DNA of 64,000 bases, taken from Saprospira grandis (GTDB lineage: Bacteria > Bacteroidota > Bacteroidia > Chitinophagales > Saprospiraceae). This document shows, piece by piece, positions 9,713 to 19,687 of this stretch (its first letter is position 1; the number at the start of each line of letters is the position of its first letter). The notes beneath the pieces are model-generated. The model was not told the DNA's origin and did not search any database. It worked only from the letters and a program-made list of their open reading frames with translations. The stretch is taken from the NCBI RefSeq assembly GCF_027594745.1, contig NZ_CP110854.1:1116241-1180240 (forward strand), read 5' to 3'. Both the position numbers and the translations under genes were made by a program.

Positions 9713-9778
9713 AAAAAAATAACCAACCCTAATGCTAGAGTTGGTTATTCTTATGTCTAGAGAAGTAGAAAATTTATC

Positions 9779-11032
9779 CTAAAGACCAAAAGCCTTTTTG
9801 ATATCTTCTACACGGTCCAAACGCTCCCAAGTGAAGGTTTCCACTTGGCGTTTTTCCCAGCCCTGAGGCGTCAATACTTCTACCTCTTTCATTTCTGAAG
9901 GGCGGCCCATGTGACCATAAGCAGCAGTTTCAGAATAGATAGGATTGCGTAGGCCGAGGTTGCGAATTACGGCAGAAGGGCGAAGATCGAACAAAGAAGA
10001 AAGCGTTTTAGCGATTTCCCCATCGTTCATATCTACTTTGGCCGTGCCATAAGTGTCTACAAAAAGACCTACGGGCTCGGCTACACCAATGGCGTAAGCC
10101 ACCTGAACGAGTGCTTGATCAGCAACGCCGGCAGCCACCAAGTTTTTGGCAATGTGGCGAGTAGCATAAGCAGCAGAACGGTCTACTTTTGAAGGATCTT
10201 TACCAGAGAAAGCGCCACCACCGTGGGCACCTTTTCCACCATAAGTATCTACAATGATCTTGCGGCCGGTCAAACCAGCATCGCCATGAGGACCACCAAT
10301 AACGAACTTACCTGTGGGGTTGACGTGATAGATGATCTTGTCATCAAAAAGGGCCTGAATACGCTCGGGCAAGCTTGCTTTTACGCGGGGCACCAAGGTT
10401 TCGATCACATCCTTTTGGATTTGATCGCGCATGGCTTTTTCCTCTGCAAAATCGTCATGTTGTGTAGACAAAACGATCGTGTTGATGCGGATCGGCTGAT
10501 GGTCGTCATTGTACTCAATGGTTACCTGAGACTTGGCATCGGGGCGGAGGTAAGTCATTTCTTTACCCGCCTTGCGAATGTCTGCCAACTCTCTCAACAA
10601 ACGGTGAGAAAGGTCTAGGGCCAAAGGCATGTAGTTATCGGTTTCGTTGGTGGCAAAACCGAACATCATTCCTTGGTCACCAGCGCCCTGCTCCTCTTCT
10701 TCACGTCCCACATCTACGCCCTGCGCAATATCGGCAGATTGTTCGTGGATAGCAGACATGATTCCGCAAGAGTTGTAATCAAATTGATATTCAGCCTTAG
10801 TATAACCGATTTTATGCAAAGTTTTGCGAATCGCTTTTTGGATATCTACATAAGCTTCTGAGCGAACTTCACCGCCCACAACCACCAAACCTGTGGTCAC
10901 AAAGCTTTCACAGGCTACCTTAGAACTAGGATCATTGGCCAAAAAAGCATCTAGGATAGCATCTGAGATTTGGTCGGCTACTTTATCGGGATGCCCCTCA
11001 GAGACCGACTCTGATGTGAACAAATATGGCAT
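9779..11032 (-). CDS. metK: S-adenosylmethionine synthetase
   Basis: 417 aa; [29 protein letters not shown] and [19 protein letters not shown] motifs. Confidence 0.95.
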   Translation of the reverse strand: MPYLFTSESVSEGHPDKVADQISDAILDAFLANDPSSKVACESFVTTGLVVVGGEVRSEAYVDIQKAIRKTLHKIGYTKAEYQFDYNSCGIMSAIHEQSADIAQGVDVGREEEEQGAGDQGMMFGFATNETDNYMPLALDLSHRLLRELADIRKAGKEMTYLRPDAKSQVTIEYNDDHQPIRINTIVLSTQHDDFAEEKAMRDQIQKDVIETLVPRVKASLPERIQALFDDKIIYHVNPTGKFVIGGPHGDAGLTGRKIIVDTYGGKGAHGGGAFSGKDPSKVDRSAAYATRHIAKNLVAAGVADQALVQVAYAIGVAEPVGLFVDTYGTAKVDMNDGEIAKTLSSLFDLRPSAVIRNLGLRNPIYSETAAYGHMGRPSEMKEVEVLTPQGWEKRQVETFTWERLDRVEDIKKAFGL

Positions 11033-11197
11033 TATTTCTCGCTAATTTAAAGTTGTTCAAAAAATATGCAAAGGGCCAAATTTGTCTTTTGGGCGGCCTT
11101 CGCTTCATAAATGCAGCAAAGATATAAATTTCTGCAAAGGAAGTTAAGCCCGCCCCTATTTTGCTAGAAAAAAAGCTGAGGAACAAGCGCCAAGCAA

Positions 11198-12706
11198 TCA
11201 AAAATCAAAGGCCCGAGCAAAACAAGCCTCGGCCCAGTTTATTTCTTCCTGCTCAAAATGACGAAATTCTTTTTTTAAGGCTCTTTTTGATAAACGCCCC
11301 TGATTCTGTTTTAAAAATTGATGCAATAAACTTATTTCAGCATCTGAGAGCTCCATTTTTTCTAGCAGCCCTCTTTTAAAGCAATCATAAGCTGCCAAGT
11401 AAGCCAATTCTTTGGGAAGCAGTTCGGCCTTAATTTGCGCCAAACAACTACAAAAAAACTGAGCTTGCCGACTAACATCAAAGTAGCGATAGTAGTCTGC
11501 CGTCTCATTGCTAATCAAGACATTATGATCTGCCGATTCCCGCCATTCTATAAAAGATAAAACTGCAGCAGAATAGCTGCTGAGCGCCTGATGATATCCT
11601 TTTAAATCATTAAGTATAGCTGCTGATATAGGCCAAACAGAAGTCTGTACGCCCCTAGCCCCCAATATATGATGAAAAAGATAACGATGTAAACGCCCAT
11701 TTCCATCAACAAAAGGATGAATGAAGACAAAGGCAAAAGCCATTTCTGCAGCCAATAAAACCAAGGGAAACTCTTTCTCCTCTAAATATTCATAACTAGC
11801 CAAATAACAAGCTAATAGATCCTCTAGATCCGAAGCTTTTGCAGAAATATGCTCTGGCATCGGCTGCCCTGTTGCCCAATCATGCTCTCCTATAAATCCC
11901 TCTTGCTGACGTATACCTAATGCCCGCTTTTGCTTGCCCCCCAAAACAACAGTTTGCAACTCTTCTAATAAAGAAATCGACAAGGGCTGCTGCCCCGCTT
12001 GCCCCAACAAACGAGCCCAGGCCCAAGCCTGATTTGCCCTAGGCCGCTCTCCTTCTATAGAAAAGGAAGCCCTAGAATCTTTTAAGACTAAATAGGCGCT
12101 CGCTCGCTCCAAATCTGCGGAATTAAAATTATTCGTCCAGCTAGAAAAACCCTCTGCTATACAGTCATCTAGTTCTTGGCTCCGAAATATTAAAGGGCAA
12201 AAGCCTGGCAATCCTGGCAAATTATTCAAAATCCTATGCCGTGCAGAACGCTCTGGCCGAACCCCATACTGCAAATGCTCATCCAACAATAAGCAATAGT
12301 TTCCCCGCTTCAAATCATCTAAAGGCAAATGCTGGCCCATTAACCATTCATACAAAAACCAAATCTTTCGACTGTATTTCCCCCCTGGCGCCAAAGCCAA
12401 AAATGCTAATAGCTCTTTTTCTGCTATAGTCTCAAACAGCTTTTTGAAAAAAAGCAAGTTGATGCCTTCATATTTTAAAGCAAATACCAATTGCGACCAT
12501 AAATCATCCTCTGGCTGATAACGAACAGAAAAAACTCGCCAAGCTTCCGTTTCATATTGTCGATGCTTCAAACTAATTAAAGCCAATTTCTCAGGATAAG
12601 GAACTGCTAATCCTAAAGCATTGATAATAGCCCCATAACCCACTAAATAGCCCTCTTCAGCAGCAGCACGCCCCCGAAAAACAGTTATCCTTGATGAATA
12701 TTGCAT
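11198..12706 (-). CDS. Fic-family protein (AMPylase-type, class II with N-terminal inhibitory motif)
   Basis: 502 aa; canonical Fic motif HPFVDGNGRLHR; upstream SFSIEGE matching the (S/T)xxxE(G/N) inhibitory-helix motif. Confidence 0.85.
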   Translation of the reverse strand: MQYSSRITVFRGRAAAEEGYLVGYGAIINALGLAVPYPEKLALISLKHRQYETEAWRVFSVRYQPEDDLWSQLVFALKYEGINLLFFKKLFETIAEKELLAFLALAPGGKYSRKIWFLYEWLMGQHLPLDDLKRGNYCLLLDEHLQYGVRPERSARHRILNNLPGLPGFCPLIFRSQELDDCIAEGFSSWTNNFNSADLERASAYLVLKDSRASFSIEGERPRANQAWAWARLLGQAGQQPLSISLLEELQTVVLGGKQKRALGIRQQEGFIGEHDWATGQPMPEHISAKASDLEDLLACYLASYEYLEEKEFPLVLLAAEMAFAFVFIHPFVDGNGRLHRYLFHHILGARGVQTSVWPISAAILNDLKGYHQALSSYSAAVLSFIEWRESADHNVLISNETADYYRYFDVSRQAQFFCSCLAQIKAELLPKELAYLAAYDCFKRGLLEKMELSDAEISLLHQFLKQNQGRLSKRALKKEFRHFEQEEINWAEACFARAFDF

Positions 12707-12777
12707 ACAAAACAGCTTATTTTATGAAAAGTGCATACAATTTAAGGCTTAAGTTGTAAAAATACTATCATTAGTTT

Positions 12778-13095
12778 CTTTTTTTGGGGCTGCCCCGCCC
12801 TGCGGGCGGGTCGGGCTGTGTCGTGGCTCGCAGGTCTGCTCGGCCCTGCGGCGCAAAGCGCCTTGGTCTGCGGCTGCGCCGCCCCACTTTCCATCCCTCA
12901 GCCGATGCAGGCCAAGGCCTGCATAAAAGCGGCAGGCTATCGCCTATTTTAATATAAAGCGGGCCACAGCCCGCTTTGAATTGGACCAATTTGGCCCAGG
13001 CCGCCCGAGGGATTCCCCTAAGGAATCCCGCAGAGGGCTGAGTGGGCGGGTCATCAGTACGGATGAGGAGCGAAGCGAGGAATAGCGCTTTGGGC
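12778..13095. repeat. GC-rich interspersed repeat family, copy 5, plus S hairpin module
   Basis: tttttggggctgccccgccctgcgggcgggtcgggctgtgtcgtggctcgcaggtctgctcggccctgcgg... followed by gggattcccctaaggaatcccgcagagggctgagtgggcgggtc...gaggagcgaagcgagg. Confidence 0.85.
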
Positions 13096-13135
13096 CAACC
13101 AAAAGCAGAAAAGACTGTTTAAGGAAAAAAACGCC

Positions 13136-13531
13136 ATGAAAAAAGTAGAAAAAACCGAGGCCCAATGGAGGGCCCAACTTCAGCCAGAAGAGTACCGCAT
13201 TTTGCGACAAGCAGGTACCGAACGCCCCTTTACGGGAACCTATTACCAAGAAGAGCGCCCTGGCCAATATAGCTGCAAAGCCTGCAATTGGCCCCTCTTT
13301 GATGCCCAACAAAAATATCACTCGGGCTGTGGCTGGCCCAGCTTCTGGACCGAGCTAGGCAGCGCCAACATCATCCAACGGCCAGATTATAGCCATGGCA
13401 TGCAACGCATCGAGCTGCTTTGCCCCCAATGCGAATCGCATCTGGGCCATATCTTTAATGATGGGCCAGCCCCTACGGGCCTTCGCTATTGTATCAATTC
13501 GGCTAGCCTGAACTTTAGCCCCAAAGAATAA
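13136..13531 (+). CDS. msrB: Peptide-methionine (R)-S-oxide reductase
   Basis: 131 aa; CKACNWPLF...GCGWPSFW...CPQCESHLGHIFNDGP (SelR/MsrB signature). Confidence 0.9.
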   Translation: MKKVEKTEAQWRAQLQPEEYRILRQAGTERPFTGTYYQEERPGQYSCKACNWPLFDAQQKYHSGCGWPSFWTELGSANIIQRPDYSHGMQRIELLCPQCESHLGHIFNDGPAPTGLRYCINSASLNFSPKE

Positions 13532-13534
13532 GGT

Positions 13535-13700
13535 CCAAGGAGGAGGCGAAGCCGCCGAAAAGGCGCGCAGCGCCTCGGCTGAGGGGCTGTAGCAGGGCCG
13601 CCAAAGGCGGCAGACCAAAGCGCTGAAAGCGCTGCAGGGCCGAGCGAACAGCGAGCTGCGCAATGGCCCGACCCGAGCGAAGCGAGGGGCAGCCCCAAAT
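13535..13700. repeat. GC-rich interspersed repeat family, copy 6
   Basis: gaggcgaagccgccg...cagggccgagcgaacagcgagctgcgcaatggcccgacccgagcgaagcgaggggcagccccaaa (reverse-oriented). Confidence 0.85.
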
Positions 13701-13704
13701 CCTC

Positions 13705-14184
13705 CTACAACTTAATTTCAGTCAGAATTTCCCATTCATTGGGCCGAGGAGCCGTATGCACCAGCTGCAGGCGGTCAAAATGTAGCGGAATCGTCTGGCC
13801 CTTGCTTTCTTCATTAAAAATGGGCAGGGCCCCATACAAAAAGCTCAGCTGTGGCACAAAAGGATGCAACTCCAGATGTTCAAAAAGCTGCTGGGCCTCC
13901 GCTCGGAGCTGGTCGATCTTAGAATTTGCTTGCTTATTAAGAAAAAGGCAGCGATAATAGGCCTCTAGCTCGCCACAGGGATGAAAATCTAGGGCAATGG
14001 GCAGTAGCTCCTCGGCCCAAGCCGCCAACTTTGGCGCAAGCAGCTCGGCTGGCTCTAGTAAGCCAGACAAAAGCGTTAGGTGGGGGCAAAAACGCGGCGA
14101 ATCATCTAAGCTCGATAGGGCCTTAATGTGTTGGGCCAACTGCCGATAAGCCTGATGATTAGGGATTAACCAAAGAGAAAGCAT
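13705..14184 (-). CDS. Putative 2H-phosphoesterase superfamily protein (LigT/cyclic phosphodiesterase-like)
   Basis: 159 aa with an HLTL (H-x-T-x) motif and a second HTAP segment; size and motif spacing fit the 2H fold but this is weak. Confidence 0.4.
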   Translation of the reverse strand: MLSLWLIPNHQAYRQLAQHIKALSSLDDSPRFCPHLTLLSGLLEPAELLAPKLAAWAEELLPIALDFHPCGELEAYYRCLFLNKQANSKIDQLRAEAQQLFEHLELHPFVPQLSFLYGALPIFNEESKGQTIPLHFDRLQLVHTAPRPNEWEILTEIKL

Positions 14185-14309
14185 AGCAAATTGTGATTAG
14201 GGAAAGGAAGATACAAACTTATTAGGGAAAATTACCCCCCTCTTCGGTCCTTAAAGAGTTTTGTTTAAATTTGCGGGCAATTTCATCTCCTCAAATACAG
14301 GCTTTTATC

Positions 14310-15509
14310 ATGCTCAACATCATCTTATTTAGTAATGAGGCCCAACGCATCCGTTTGCGCCCATTTAGTTATAGCCGCCCCATTGGCGCTTTTCGTTTGG
14401 GGATAGACTGCTTGGCGGAAAAATGGCAGGCCTTGCTTGGCGGAGAGGTCTCGCATTTTACGGCCCCTTATTTGGCCCAAAAATATCCCTGCCAATTTGA
14501 AGAGGAAAACTTATTGGTTCGGGCTACCGTCCTTCCCTCTGCAGATTTGATTTTGGCCATTGAGCAGCTTCAACTGGGCGAAAGCCTAGCCGATGCCCAA
14601 GGGCAATCTATTGCTTTGAAGCTGAACTGCCTAGCGGCCCAACAATATTTGGCGGGCCAATTGCTCGAGCCGCCCATTCAGCAAAACTACCTAGGCGAAT
14701 TAGTCGAGTTAAAAGGACCTTGGGACCTCTTTCAGCTCAATGATGATCAGCTTCGGCAAGACTTTGATCGCCTGAAGGGCCAGGGCCAAAAACTTTCGGC
14801 TAGCAACCGTTTGATTGGGCCAGAAGATCAGCTCTATATTCATCCAAGCGCCCATGTAGAAGGCAGTATTTTGAATACCCAAACGGGGCCTATCTATATT
14901 GGTCCCAAGGCTCAGGTATTAGAGGGATGTATGTTGCGTGGACCGATTGCGCTAAACGAGGGGGCCGTCCTGAAAATGGGTGCTAAGGTCTATGGCGCAA
15001 CAACTCTGGGCCCTTATGCTAAAATGGGCGGAGAAATCAGTAATGTCAATGTCTTTGGCTACTCGAACAAAGGACATGACGGATTTTTGGGCAATGCCGT
15101 TTTGGGCGAATGGTGCAACCTGGGTGCAGATACCAATAGCTCCAACCTCAAAAACAACTATGGTAAAGTCAAAGTATGGAACTACGCCCAAGAGCAATTT
15201 GAGCAAACCGACTTACAATTTTGTGGGCTGCTGATGGGCGACCACAGCAAAACGGGCATCAATAGTATGCTCAATACGGCCACTACCGTAGGCTTTTCGG
15301 CCAACCTCTACGGGGCCGACTTCCCCGAAAAGTTTATCCCTTCTTTTGCCTGGGGCAGCAAAAACAACTGGCAAAGCTATAGCCTCGATAAAGCCATGCA
15401 AACCGCAGAGCGGATGATGCAACGCCGCAATATCCCCTTTGATGAAAAAGAAAGCCAGCTTTTTGAACAGCTTTTCCTACGGACCAAAAACTATCGAAAA
15501 TGGGAGTAG
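14310..15509 (+). CDS. Putative sugar-phosphate nucleotidyltransferase with C-terminal left-handed beta-helix (GlmU-like family)
   Basis: The ORF-track start at 14271 is TTG; first ATG at 14310 (MLNIILFSNE). C-terminal hexapeptide-repeat-like region (GDHSKTGINSMLNTATTVGFSANLYG). Confidence 0.55.
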   Translation: MLNIILFSNEAQRIRLRPFSYSRPIGAFRLGIDCLAEKWQALLGGEVSHFTAPYLAQKYPCQFEEENLLVRATVLPSADLILAIEQLQLGESLADAQGQSIALKLNCLAAQQYLAGQLLEPPIQQNYLGELVELKGPWDLFQLNDDQLRQDFDRLKGQGQKLSASNRLIGPEDQLYIHPSAHVEGSILNTQTGPIYIGPKAQVLEGCMLRGPIALNEGAVLKMGAKVYGATTLGPYAKMGGEISNVNVFGYSNKGHDGFLGNAVLGEWCNLGADTNSSNLKNNYGKVKVWNYAQEQFEQTDLQFCGLLMGDHSKTGINSMLNTATTVGFSANLYGADFPEKFIPSFAWGSKNNWQSYSLDKAMQTAERMMQRRNIPFDEKESQLFEQLFLRTKNYRKWE

Positions 15510-16165
15510 CCGTCACAAAAAAGCCCAACTTCTTAAAAAAAATAGCCAGCTACTTCTATAGCTTCCTTTTAGAGCAGGCAGAAAGCCCCATTAGCGGCCC
15601 TCTAGAACTGCACTACCGCCAAGGGCGCTATATGTTGAGTACAGCCCATGCAATTTATTCTTATGAAGACCTCTATCACAATTTTCGGCTAGCTTTTGAC
15701 TACCTGCAGCCCGAAAAAAAAGGCATCCAATCGGTCCTTATTTTAGGTTTTGCCATGGGCAGTATTTGTCAGCTCCTTGAAAATAGAGGACTAAAAGCCA
15801 ACTACTTAGGAGTAGAAATCGATCCCATCATCATCAGTTGGAGTGAACGCTATATTTTAAGCGAATTATCGGCTAATATTTGCATTCAACAAGCTGATGC
15901 GGCCAAGTTTTTGCAAAAAAACACAGACAAGTTTGAGCTGATACTCATTGACCTATTTGTAGATAATCAGGTCCCTGAAGCCTTCAGAACCATAGACTTT
16001 CTACAAAATATTCAGGAACATTTAGCCCCAAATGGGCATATAATATACAACAGTATGTCCGATCAAAAGGGACATACAGCATTTTTGGAACAATTTCGGC
16101 AAGTCTTTCCGAAAATGCACAGCCTAGAAATTGGAAAGAACCAGCTCCTTTTTAATTTTGCATAA
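15500..16165 (+). CDS. Spermidine synthase-like SAM-dependent methyltransferase-fold protein
   Basis: 221 aa; SAM-fold GVEIDPIII...LILIDLFVD; start overlaps the previous stop by 10 nt. Confidence 0.6.
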   Translation: MGVAVTKKPNFLKKIASYFYSFLLEQAESPISGPLELHYRQGRYMLSTAHAIYSYEDLYHNFRLAFDYLQPEKKGIQSVLILGFAMGSICQLLENRGLKANYLGVEIDPIIISWSERYILSELSANICIQQADAAKFLQKNTDKFELILIDLFVDNQVPEAFRTIDFLQNIQEHLAPNGHIIYNSMSDQKGHTAFLEQFRQVFPKMHSLEIGKNQLLFNFA

Positions 16166-16459
16166 TAAGCTGTCACAAATATTAGGCATTTCACCTAAGT
16201 GTAGATTAAAAAATCATTAGGGTGATTGAGGCTCTTGGCAAATAGACTTTTATTCCTTATTTTTAATTAAATTAAAATAAAATTCTGAGCTACCTAGCAG
16301 TTAGCTAATAAGAAATAGCTGCAAAAAGCCGCCTAATTGCAATTAATTTCTCAAAACTCTTAATTTTCACGATATTCATTGGCTCAATAGCCCCCAAAAC
16401 ACTCTAAGTCAAGATAGAAATAAAGACAGAAAATCGACACACTTAATATTTTAGGGAAT

Positions 16460-17539
16460 ATGAAAGCACTGTACAACCAATCACTCTTTAGTTTGCTGCT
16501 CCTTTGCAGCCTGCTGTTTTTAGGGAGCAGCTCTAAGCTAGAGGCCAACGACAAGTTTTTCGATTACCTGCCCAAGTACCGTAAGTTCAATTCCAATTAT
16601 CAGATTGATAAGATTGAATACCGAGAAAAACGCACGGTAATTTACTTCCGCTTTGTGGTGGAAGAAGATAATAATGTAGCCTTTTATAGCGGCTCTCACC
16701 CCAATGCCTGGTACCTGCGTACACCTCCTCGTATGCGAGGCATTGAGGTGCAGTTCAAATTGATGGAAATCACCGACATCCGCGTCAATAATGAGGTAAA
16801 AGTAGATATCCTCAAAGATATTCCAGAAATCGAATACGAAATGAAAAGAGGCGATGTAGTGACCTGCGAAATGCACTTTGCCCGCATCCCCCACTATATC
16901 CGTATGCTCGACCTTATTGAAGGTGCCGACGGAGATATGGATAACGACCGCTTCAATTGTTTCGATATTCTCATCAAAACGGCTCAAAGCCCTCTGCTCG
17001 GAAAAGAAAGCGAGGCCCAAAAGAACACCCAACGCTTTGAGTCTACCTTTACTTACCTGCAACCCAAAACTGCTAGCCAACCCCTAGCCGCCAAAGAAGA
17101 CAGCCCCAAAGAAGCAAATAATACACATATGGCCGAGCCGATCGACTATCGCCCTCAAGCCATGACAGACCTAGCCGATATCCGCTGCAATAAACGGGTG
17201 ATTCTTCCTTCTATATCTTTTAAAGAAGATGCGGTAAACTTCAACGGAAGAGTCCGCGCTATGCAGGATATCAAAACACTTCGCCAATATCTAGAAAATT
17301 ATCCCTCGGCGATTATTCGCCTACACGGACATACCGATATCTTTGGCGATGATATTCGAAATCTTCAACTCTCTAGAGAACGGGCCATGGCCGTTAAACT
17401 AGAACTAGTCAAAATGGGCATCGACCGCGATCGTATCGAGATCCTATTCTACGGAGGAAGACAACCCCTCCAAGGCCTAGAAGAAGGCGGTGTAGCAAAC
17501 AGAAGGGTGGAAGCAGAAGCCATCTGTACCGACCAATAA
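16460..17539 (+). CDS. OmpA-family protein (C-terminal OmpA/MotB peptidoglycan-binding domain)
   Basis: 359 aa. Signal peptide. C-terminal LHGHTDIFGDDIRNLQLSRERAMAVKLELVKMGIDRDRIEI is an OmpA-like signature. Confidence 0.75.
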   Translation: MKALYNQSLFSLLLLCSLLFLGSSSKLEANDKFFDYLPKYRKFNSNYQIDKIEYREKRTVIYFRFVVEEDNNVAFYSGSHPNAWYLRTPPRMRGIEVQFKLMEITDIRVNNEVKVDILKDIPEIEYEMKRGDVVTCEMHFARIPHYIRMLDLIEGADGDMDNDRFNCFDILIKTAQSPLLGKESEAQKNTQRFESTFTYLQPKTASQPLAAKEDSPKEANNTHMAEPIDYRPQAMTDLADIRCNKRVILPSISFKEDAVNFNGRVRAMQDIKTLRQYLENYPSAIIRLHGHTDIFGDDIRNLQLSRERAMAVKLELVKMGIDRDRIEILFYGGRQPLQGLEEGGVANRRVEAEAICTDQ

Positions 17540-17560
17540 GCCAGACTATTCCGCAATCAA

Positions 17561-17597
17561 AAGCAGCTATTCCTATTCAGGAATAGCTGCTTTTTTC
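17561..17597 (+). terminator. Rho-independent terminator after OmpA-family gene
   Basis: AAGCAGCTATTCCtattcaGGAATAGCTGCTTttttt (13-bp perfect stem + T-run). Confidence 0.8.
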
Positions 17598-17713
17598 GTT
17601 TAGGGTTTCCCCTAGTTTTGCAAAGACTAGGGTTTCCCCTAACAAAAGAGAAAAGCCTAGGGTATATATTTGTATCACAAGCAAAATCCCTCTCCCACCT
17701 TAAATCTTTTGTT

Positions 17714-18064
17714 ATGCGATTAGCTATGGAAAAAGTGGGTAGTCTGTTTTTTTACCTCCTTAAGGACTACCTCTATCAAACCCTCTCCCCCATTAGACTC
17801 TATACCAAAGTATACCTAATTGATAATCAATCTGATTATTCGCTGACGATTGTGGGATGGAAAGATGGACAGAAAACACAGGAATTTATTCCCCTTGGCC
17901 CCAACGGACAACTCAATCTTCAAGACAGCCAAAGATATTGTAAAACTAGCCTCGGCCAGTCTGTATCTGTCTTTATCAATGGCTGCTATACCAGCAAACG
18001 CATCAAATATATCAACGGACAAGCGACCCTAATTATCAAGAATTCAGATTACTCATCCTTTTAA
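17714..18064 (+). CDS. Hypothetical protein
   Basis: The ORF-track start 17618 is TTG; first ATG at 17714 (MRLAMEKV...). No recognisable motifs. Confidence 0.3.
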   Translation: MRLAMEKVGSLFFYLLKDYLYQTLSPIRLYTKVYLIDNQSDYSLTIVGWKDGQKTQEFIPLGPNGQLNLQDSQRYCKTSLGQSVSVFINGCYTSKRIKYINGQATLIIKNSDYSSF

Positions 18065-18073
18065 TCGTTCATT

Positions 18074-18883
18074 ATGCAAATTAAAGAAGAGATCCAAGCC
18101 TGGAACGAGATCCGAAATAGCCAAAAAGGCTTTCAGTTCTTGCAAGCAGGTAGCGGATTCACCCTCTCTAAAGAGGAGTTCCTACAATGGAATAGCAGCT
18201 CAGATTATGTTCACCTCTACCTAGCCAATCAAAATGATGCGCTCTGCTTCTATCTTATTGATGATTATCATGATCAGGCCCAAGAGTATATCCTAGGCCA
18301 AACCATTTTCAAAAAGCAGTTTATTCATCCCACGATAACCGCTAAGCAACAGCCTCCTCTAGCAAAACAAACAAACAATCTCCTTATCCAATTTCTTCAA
18401 GAGCTCAATAGCCGACTACAAGCAGCTAGCAATAGCTCTCTCGAGCAACAAAAACAAAGTCTAGAAGAAGGCTGCAAAAAGATCCTAGACCAAATCAATT
18501 CACCCCTAGCCCTCAGCCAATTTCAACAGGCTATTCAGAACCAAATAGATGCCGTGATCCCCAGCTTCCGCTGGCTGATGTTCTCCCCCCAATGGTTCGA
18601 GGAATTGGCCCAAGCCGAAAAGGTGGTGCAGGCCTTCAAAATCCCTTTCCAAGATTTTAAATTCCTCTTCGAGGAGCATGATAGCCAAGAGGCCTTCCTC
18701 TTTTTTGGCCTGAAAGATACCCCCAAAGAAGATTTTTCGACCACTATTGATGTCTTTCTAAGCCAATACGACCCCAATAAGAAAAGTAGCGAGGAGATTA
18801 GCTTTGTTCTAGCCAATCGCACGGCAGATATTAGCACGCCTTGCCCCCCTTACCATACCTACGACCTCCCCCTGCTTAATTAG
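18074..18883 (+). CDS. Hypothetical protein
   Basis: 269 aa ORF in coding-like composition, ATG start 10 nt after the previous stop. Confidence 0.4.
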   Translation: MQIKEEIQAWNEIRNSQKGFQFLQAGSGFTLSKEEFLQWNSSSDYVHLYLANQNDALCFYLIDDYHDQAQEYILGQTIFKKQFIHPTITAKQQPPLAKQTNNLLIQFLQELNSRLQAASNSSLEQQKQSLEEGCKKILDQINSPLALSQFQQAIQNQIDAVIPSFRWLMFSPQWFEELAQAEKVVQAFKIPFQDFKFLFEEHDSQEAFLFFGLKDTPKEDFSTTIDVFLSQYDPNKKSSEEISFVLANRTADISTPCPPYHTYDLPLLN

Positions 18884-19033
18884 GTCCAGCCCCAATACCT
18901 ACTTTTTATGCTTTTTGTTCTCCCCCTAGCCCTAGGCCGCTCGAAAAGGGCTAATAAACTTTAGCTCGCCTAAGACTAGACAAAAAGCATATTTTAAGTA
19001 CATTAGCCCCAATCAAATTGGGGCTTTTTACTT

Positions 19034-19687
19034 ATGATGGAATGGATAAATTTACTAGGCCGATTGATTGCCGTCTCCGCTATCGTCATCCTAACGCTGG
19101 GCGGCCTGCTCTCAATCACTACAAAACCATACGCAGAGAAAAACTGGACCCTCACTTACCTCTTTTTCTTGCTCGCCACCGAAGGCCTCGCTAGTTATAT
19201 TGGCTTTTATCGGCAAGAAAGCGTCTTCTTTATGTTTATCCTCTCTTTTTTCCTGCATTTCTCTTTTCTCAATCTCTACTATAACCATTTTCTCTTTCAA
19301 CATCCGCCCCAAAAAACCCTACTCACCGCTAGCCTCGGCCTGCTGCCCTTTCTCCTCTTTGTTTTGCCCGAACCCTACTACCAGTTATTCCGATACTATG
19401 ACCGCCTGCCCTTCTCTTTCTCCATTATGCTCGCTAGCCTGCTCTATTTCTACCAGTTGGTCAGCGGAAAAAGAACCTACGAAAAGCCAACGGCCTTTCT
19501 CAACGCCAGTATTCTCCTCTTTTTTAGCCTCGATGCCTTTTTGGCCCTAGCTACAGAGTACCTGATTCACGAAAACCTGATTTTAGTCTCTGGCTTTTGG
19601 ACCATCAGAGCCATTTGCCTCCAATTATTCTATAGCGCTTTAATTTATCACGGATGGGCCCGCAGCAAAATGCCTCTACAGTTCTAA
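19034..19687 (+). CDS. Multi-pass (6-7 TM) membrane protein, possibly the sensory domain of the adjacent histidine kinase
   Basis: 217 aa, almost entirely hydrophobic helices. Its 3' end overlaps the kinase ORF start by 34 nt in a different frame. Confidence 0.5.
   Translation: MMEWINLLGRLIAVSAIVILTLGGLLSITTKPYAEKNWTLTYLFFLLATEGLASYIGFYRQESVFFMFILSFFLHFSFLNLYYNHFLFQHPPQKTLLTASLGLLPFLLFVLPEPYYQLFRYYDRLPFSFSIMLASLLYFYQLVSGKRTYEKPTAFLNASILLFFSLDAFLALATEYLIHENLILVSGFWTIRAICLQLFYSALIYHGWARSKMPLQF

Noticed and set aside
11033-11197. SAM riboswitch upstream of metK
   Set aside because: Read in the mRNA sense, the leader has a possible long-range helix (GGGCGGGCUU...AAGGCCGCCC). It lacks the conserved SAM-I core (no GGAGGGA / GCAACC-type elements) and has no convincing SAM-II pseudoknot signature. 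No riboswitch called.
16166-16459. Possible small RNA or regulatory element in the 295-bp AT-rich gap upstream of the OmpA-family gene
   Set aside because: It contains only short imperfect palindromes (agctacctagcagttagct). There is no conserved structure I can recognise and no terminator, so it is most simply a promoter/leader region.
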